Shown one piece after another: positions 49,617 through 53,169 of a stretch of 53,169 nucleotides of DNA. Below the pieces are notes generated by a model. The model worked only from the letters and a program-made list of their open reading frames with translations, made no database searches and was not told the DNA's origin. The position numbers and the translations under genes are program-made. How positions within the stretch are numbered: position 1 is the stretch's first letter; each line of letters opens with the position of its first letter. Source of the stretch: Rhodospirillaceae bacterium (GTDB taxonomy: Bacteria; Pseudomonadota; Gammaproteobacteria; Burkholderiales; SG8-41); assembly GCA_050260255.1 (NCBI GenBank), contig JBLNBW010000208.1, forward strand, positions 1-53,169, given 5' to 3'.

Positions 49617-51020
49617 TCAAAGATCCTCGGTATGCACCGGGAAGAGCGGCGCAAGCGCGTCGACTTCCATGACGTGATAAATGTTGAAGCGATAGGCCGG
49701 ACCGCATACCACCTCGGGCGGCGTGAAGGGAAACGCGAGATTTCCCCCGGTCGATATGCGGCCCGGGAAGCCGTGATGCAGCAAATATTGCTTGAATACC
49801 GTTGCCACCGACTTTGCATCGTCCGCCGTTTGTGCGATGCATTCGACCATGACGAATATTTCGCGCGGCAAAGTTGAAGGCACCGTATTCCATGCGAAGA
49901 CGCCGTCGATGCCGTAGACACGGTGATGCAGCTGGAAGTCGCCGCGCACCGATCCGGCAACGAGCTCGCGCACGGTCTTTTCGACCGCCGGCAGAATATC
50001 CTTCATCGCGGCGATCGCTTTGGGGTCGGCGCATCCCGCGAGCAATACCGCCCGCTGACCGGCGAGCGCCGCACCTTCGAGCTTCACCGTATGGCGCAGG
50101 GCTTCGGACCAGCGCGCGCCGCTCACCCGGCAGCGGTGCTCGTCGACCGCCTCGTAATGCGCATGCTCGGTATCGAGCACGCCCTCCGGCTCGATGACGC
50201 GGTACGGATCGCTCTGCTCGTACAGGCTGTGGGCAGCAACCGACATCGGCGTCGCATGGCGTATCGGGTTCATGCTGTCGACGACGAAGCTCTCGCCTTC
50301 GAGCGTGCCGATGATCGCATCGCGTCCACCTGGCGTCGTGCATATCGAGCAGCATTCGATGATCTTAGACATGTGCATGGTTGGGCCGAGCGGATAGCCG
50401 AGCATGGCCGGTATCGCCGCGAACACCGCAGTGTCGCAGGCACGACCTGCGATGACGACATCCGCGCCCGCCTCCAGTGCGCGCTGAAATGCCTCTATGC
50501 CCATCTGGCCCACGATGTGTGTCGCTGCATCGACGTCCACCTCGGTCAAGGGCGCAATCGCGCCAAGCGGCCTCACGCGGCCTGCCCGTATGGCGCGCTT
50601 CACCGCATCGCGCGGAATGTCGGCTTGAATCGATGCCAGCCGGAAATGCAGGCCTTCTTCCGCCGCGATCTCGCGCACCATGGCGAGCGTCGCATCGAGG
50701 TGCGGCGCCGCCCCCGCCGTGCCCGCCGTGCCGAGCATGAGCGGCACGCCGGCCGAGCGCGCGGCGCGCAATACTTTGCGCAGGTCGGCCCGCGTCATCG
50801 CGTCGCTGGTCGCGAGCTCACCGCTGCCGAGGTAGTACGGTCCCGGGTCTATCGAGCCCATGTCGCAGCCGATGAAGTGCGGCTTGCGTGCGATGCCGGC
50901 CGCCAGGGCGGCGTCCGGTATGCCGTAGCCCAGTTGTCCCGATGCAGCCAGCACGCGCAGCGGCGCACGGCTTCCGTCGCGCCTTATCACTTCCGCGCGC
51001 AAACGTTCGATGGCAGTCAT
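49617..51020 (-). CDS. Acyclic terpene utilisation AtuA-family (DUF1446-like) protein
   Basis: GQLGYG, DMGSIDPGPYYLG, GTAGTAG, VGQMG, GRACD, KIIEC, SVAAHSLYE. Confidence 0.8.
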   Translation of the reverse strand: MTAIERLRAEVIRRDGSRAPLRVLAASGQLGYGIPDAALAAGIARKPHFIGCDMGSIDPGPYYLGSGELATSDAMTRADLRKVLRAARSAGVPLMLGTAGTAGAAPHLDATLAMVREIAAEEGLHFRLASIQADIPRDAVKRAIRAGRVRPLGAIAPLTEVDVDAATHIVGQMGIEAFQRALEAGADVVIAGRACDTAVFAAIPAMLGYPLGPTMHMSKIIECCSICTTPGGRDAIIGTLEGESFVVDSMNPIRHATPMSVAAHSLYEQSDPYRVIEPEGVLDTEHAHYEAVDEHRCRVSGARWSEALRHTVKLEGAALAGQRAVLLAGCADPKAIAAMKDILPAVEKTVRELVAGSVRGDFQLHHRVYGIDGVFAWNTVPSTLPREIFVMVECIAQTADDAKSVATVFKQYLLHHGFPGRISTGGNLAFPFTPPEVVCGPAYRFNIYHVMEVDALAPLFPVHTEDL

Positions 51021-51322
51021 ATCTCGAGCTCCAGCATCGGCCCGTGTTGCTGGGCGCCGTACACGTCGCGGTCACCGGGATCGCCGGCCACGACCTTGCG
51101 GTCCATGACGATCTTCATTGCGAGCGCCGGTGGATAGGGAATCACTTCGACTTGCTCCGCTTTGAGGCCGTAAAGGGAAGCCAGGGCTTCAGGCCTGAGT
51201 GCCGGGGCCGCGAGTGCGCGCTCGTAGCGGTTGTGGTCGTTGAACATGAGATCTACGGTGAGCGTAGTCGGCCCCGCATTCTTGGAGCGGATGACACGCG
51301 CGGCTTCGAGCAGTTTCATCAT
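51017..51322 (-). CDS. DUF4387-like small protein
   Basis: IRSKNAGP..LTVDLMF and GDRDVYGAQQH; 4-bp overlap with the AtuA-family gene. Confidence 0.82.
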   Translation of the reverse strand: MMKLLEAARVIRSKNAGPTTLTVDLMFNDHNRYERALAAPALRPEALASLYGLKAEQVEVIPYPPALAMKIVMDRKVVAGDPGDRDVYGAQQHGPMLELEI

Positions 51323-51519
51323 TCGGCCTCGTGACGTGGGTCAGAGTCGCAGCCGTAACGCACACATGCCGCATTTTGCTACGGACTCTTAAGACGTCGT
51401 GATCAGGAAAGTGCCGAAGATAGTTCACCGCGAGGCGTTGCGCCAGCGGTAGTTCCGCAATGCGGTCATTCGCATTGCGTAGTGCCGGCGACGCGTTGCC
51501 CGCCGCCGGCACGATGACG

Positions 51520-52020
51520 TTACATCATGCCACCCAGGTCCTGGATCGCGTCGACCACCATGCTGCTGCCGACTGCGATCATCAGGATGTCGGCAGCGAC
51601 GCGTACGTACTTGTAGCCTGCCGGCGGACGGCCGAGCTGCACGACGAGTGCCGGCGGCAGCTCGTAGTAGACGACGCCGGCCGGCAGCGGCCGGCCCATC
51701 GCCCACTTCTTCGCCTGTCCGGGCGGCATGCAGCCATTGCGCTTCTTTGCAAGGCCGGGCGGGCAATGGCCGCCGTGTATCTCCGCGCCGTAATACTGAC
51801 GCACGATGCTTGCCTGCCGGTCCCCGAAAAACTGCTGCCGGCCGCCGCGGTCGTCCCCATGGCCGCCACGGTCGTCGCGCCCATGGCCTTCCTGCTTGCG
51901 CTCGTGCTTGTTCCCGCCGCCGGCCCACGACGGCTTGTCAGCATGAGCGGCGCCGGCGGCCAGTGCGGCTGTGAACGCCATCGCGAATATGTACGAAATC
52001 GGTTTACGCGCGGTCGACAT
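51520..52020 (-). CDS. Exported RcnB/CigR-like protein
   Basis: Signal peptide (AHA), His/Gly-rich stretch, CPPGLAKK..CMPPGQAKKW, PPAGYKYVRV; AGGAG RBS. Confidence 0.75.
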   Translation of the reverse strand: MSTARKPISYIFAMAFTAALAAGAAHADKPSWAGGGNKHERKQEGHGRDDRGGHGDDRGGRQQFFGDRQASIVRQYYGAEIHGGHCPPGLAKKRNGCMPPGQAKKWAMGRPLPAGVVYYELPPALVVQLGRPPAGYKYVRVAADILMIAVGSSMVVDAIQDLGGMM

Positions 52021-52184
52021 TACTGCTCCTCTTGTTTCGGGACACCGCGGCACGATACATCGCCGCGTCGGCTCGGCGATGCGAACTACGACACATATGC
52101 GCCGGTCGTGAACGGACCTTCCTTTATGACATATTCATCGCGAATTCAGCTTCCGTTCAGGTATAGGCGGGTAATTTATCACGC

Positions 52185-52290
52185 GAAGGGGAGTAGCCTT
52201 GTAGCATGCGCCGTCAGCACGGGACTCACGACTTAAGTCTCCGGTCATGCTACCAACGGACGCCGTACGATCCGTTGTCGCGAGACCTTT
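52185..52290 (+). ncRNA. yybP-ykoY (Mn2+-sensing) riboswitch aptamer
   Basis: GAAGG-GGAGUA-GC ... GC-GAGA-CCUUU (P1/L1); P3 GUAGCAUG/CAUGCUAC; L3 CCG-UCAGCAC; P3.2 GGGAC/GUCUC; P4 CAACGGA/UCCGUUG. Confidence 0.85.
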
Positions 52291-52463
52291 ACCGCACGGT
52301 AAGGGTCCTTTGCTGACATTCCGACCCCGGCCGCAGCGGTGGGCAGCACACGACGGCGGCAACGCGACCGCTCGGACATCGGAAGAATCCGCACCACTCC
52401 TGCCGTCCGGCGCGCAATGCCTCCGCGGGTGCCATCTTCAATGGCTGAAGGTCGGAGGATTAC

Positions 52464-52601
52464 ATGAGCGCTATCCCGAGCGGGCATCAAGGCACGTCGT
52501 TCATCACAATGAGCGCCGTCGGCAAAGTGAAATTTCTCTGCAAGCTCGTCGTCTTCATCTTGACGATGGGTTACGCGTTCCCGCGGCTGCTGGTGGATTG
52601 A
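52464..52601 (+). CDS. 45-aa small hydrophobic protein, absent from the ORF track (MSAIPSGHQGTSFITMSAVGKVKFLCKLVVFILTMGYAFPRLLVD)
   Basis: GGAGGA RBS just upstream of ATG 52464, stop TGA 52599-52601, one hydrophobic segment, upstream riboswitch and downstream terminator. Confidence 0.75.
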   Translation: MSAIPSGHQGTSFITMSAVGKVKFLCKLVVFILTMGYAFPRLLVD

Positions 52602-52623
52602 CCCGGCGCTTCACCGTGGACCA

Positions 52624-52651
52624 AGGCCCGCCGAAAGAGCGGGCTTTTTTT
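52624..52651 (+). terminator. Intrinsic terminator of the riboswitch/small-ORF transcript
   Basis: GCCCGC-cgaaaga-GCGGGC followed by T7. Confidence 0.85.
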
Positions 52652-52711
52652 GCAGCACGCTCCACCGCAGACACCGGGCTGCCGTCGATCAATATGCTCT
52701 TTTCGCAGTCG

Positions 52712-53169
52712 TCACTGCATGCGCACGTGCTGACTCGTTGCTTCGAGCACCCGCACACCGCCTTCGCCCCGGATCTGTGTGCGCACCACTGCGACATTGC
52801 GTCCTGCCTGCAGTACCTCCGCCCGAACGGTAAGGCGTCGTCCCTGACCGGGCGCGATAAACCAGCAGCTCAGGTTTGCAAGACGCATGCTCGCCGGTAG
52901 CGCGCTGCATGCGCACAGTGCTGCGAGGCCAAAGAGGATACCGCCATGGACCTGCCCTACGCGGTTGCCGAGATGCGGCGCTATGGTGACCGACAAGCGC
53001 GCGCCGCCGTCGCGACGCACCGGCACGCCGCCCCAGAAGTGCTCCACGAACGTATGCTCCGCACTTGCGGCTGACCACGCCCGATCGAAACGACGCAACA
53101 CCGCCCGCTCGTCGTGCTGAAGCGCGCTTGCCGCCAGCGCGTCGTACTGGAAATCGGGTGGCACCCAGG
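52712..53169 (-). CDS. PaaI-family (hotdog) thioesterase, probably 5'-truncated by the window edge
   Basis: LGNRVGQVHGGILFG motif, FIAPG, AGRNVAV. Confidence 0.75.
   Translation of the reverse strand, partial: WVPPDFQYDALAASALQHDERAVLRRFDRAWSAASAEHTFVEHFWGGVPVRRDGGARLSVTIAPHLGNRVGQVHGGILFGLAALCACSALPASMRLANLSCWFIAPGQGRRLTVRAEVLQAGRNVAVVRTQIRGEGGVRVLEATSQHVRMQ

Noticed and set aside
52566-52651. Amino-acid attenuator (short leader MGYAFPRLLVD plus terminator)
   Set aside because: It is the in-frame tail of the 45-aa ORF, and no co-oriented biosynthetic gene follows.
52247-52900. 217-aa + strand ORF across the riboswitch region
   Set aside because: No recognisable motif; it runs through the riboswitch, the terminator and the thioesterase. 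The 45-aa ORF has much better signals.

Overview
High-GC bacterial chromosome segment, most consistent with a Betaproteobacterium (Bug/TctC transporters, msrB-ispZ-bolA-PPIase and yciV-yciO-S2P-trpS-scpA-scpB synteny). From left to right it holds: a carboxylate-metabolism block (beta-decarboxylating dehydrogenase, tctA/tctB, TPP enzyme, acnA, FAD hydroxyacid dehydrogenase); housekeeping genes; a ~16 kb export locus; rhlE, TauE/rhodanese, a PEP-CTERM gene, pfkA, a LuxR regulator, an FtsH paralog and a degenerate EAL protein; and an AtuA/DUF4387/Bug/ketopantoate-reductase-like operon. Two things stand out. (1) The export locus (NarL regulator, TolC, three membrane-fusion proteins, a 2744-aa repeat protein) has no ABC ATPase or RND pump; its only polytopic inner-membrane protein is a site-2 (M50) metalloprotease with a PqqD/RRE-like N-terminus fused to an adaptor domain. 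(2) A yybP-ykoY (Mn2+) riboswitch at ~52185-52290 precedes a 45-aa hydrophobic ORF that is missing from the ORF track and has its own RBS, anti-RBS helix and terminator. No tRNA, rRNA, CRISPR array, integrase or transposase was recognised. All family calls come from motif recognition by eye; no database search was run.
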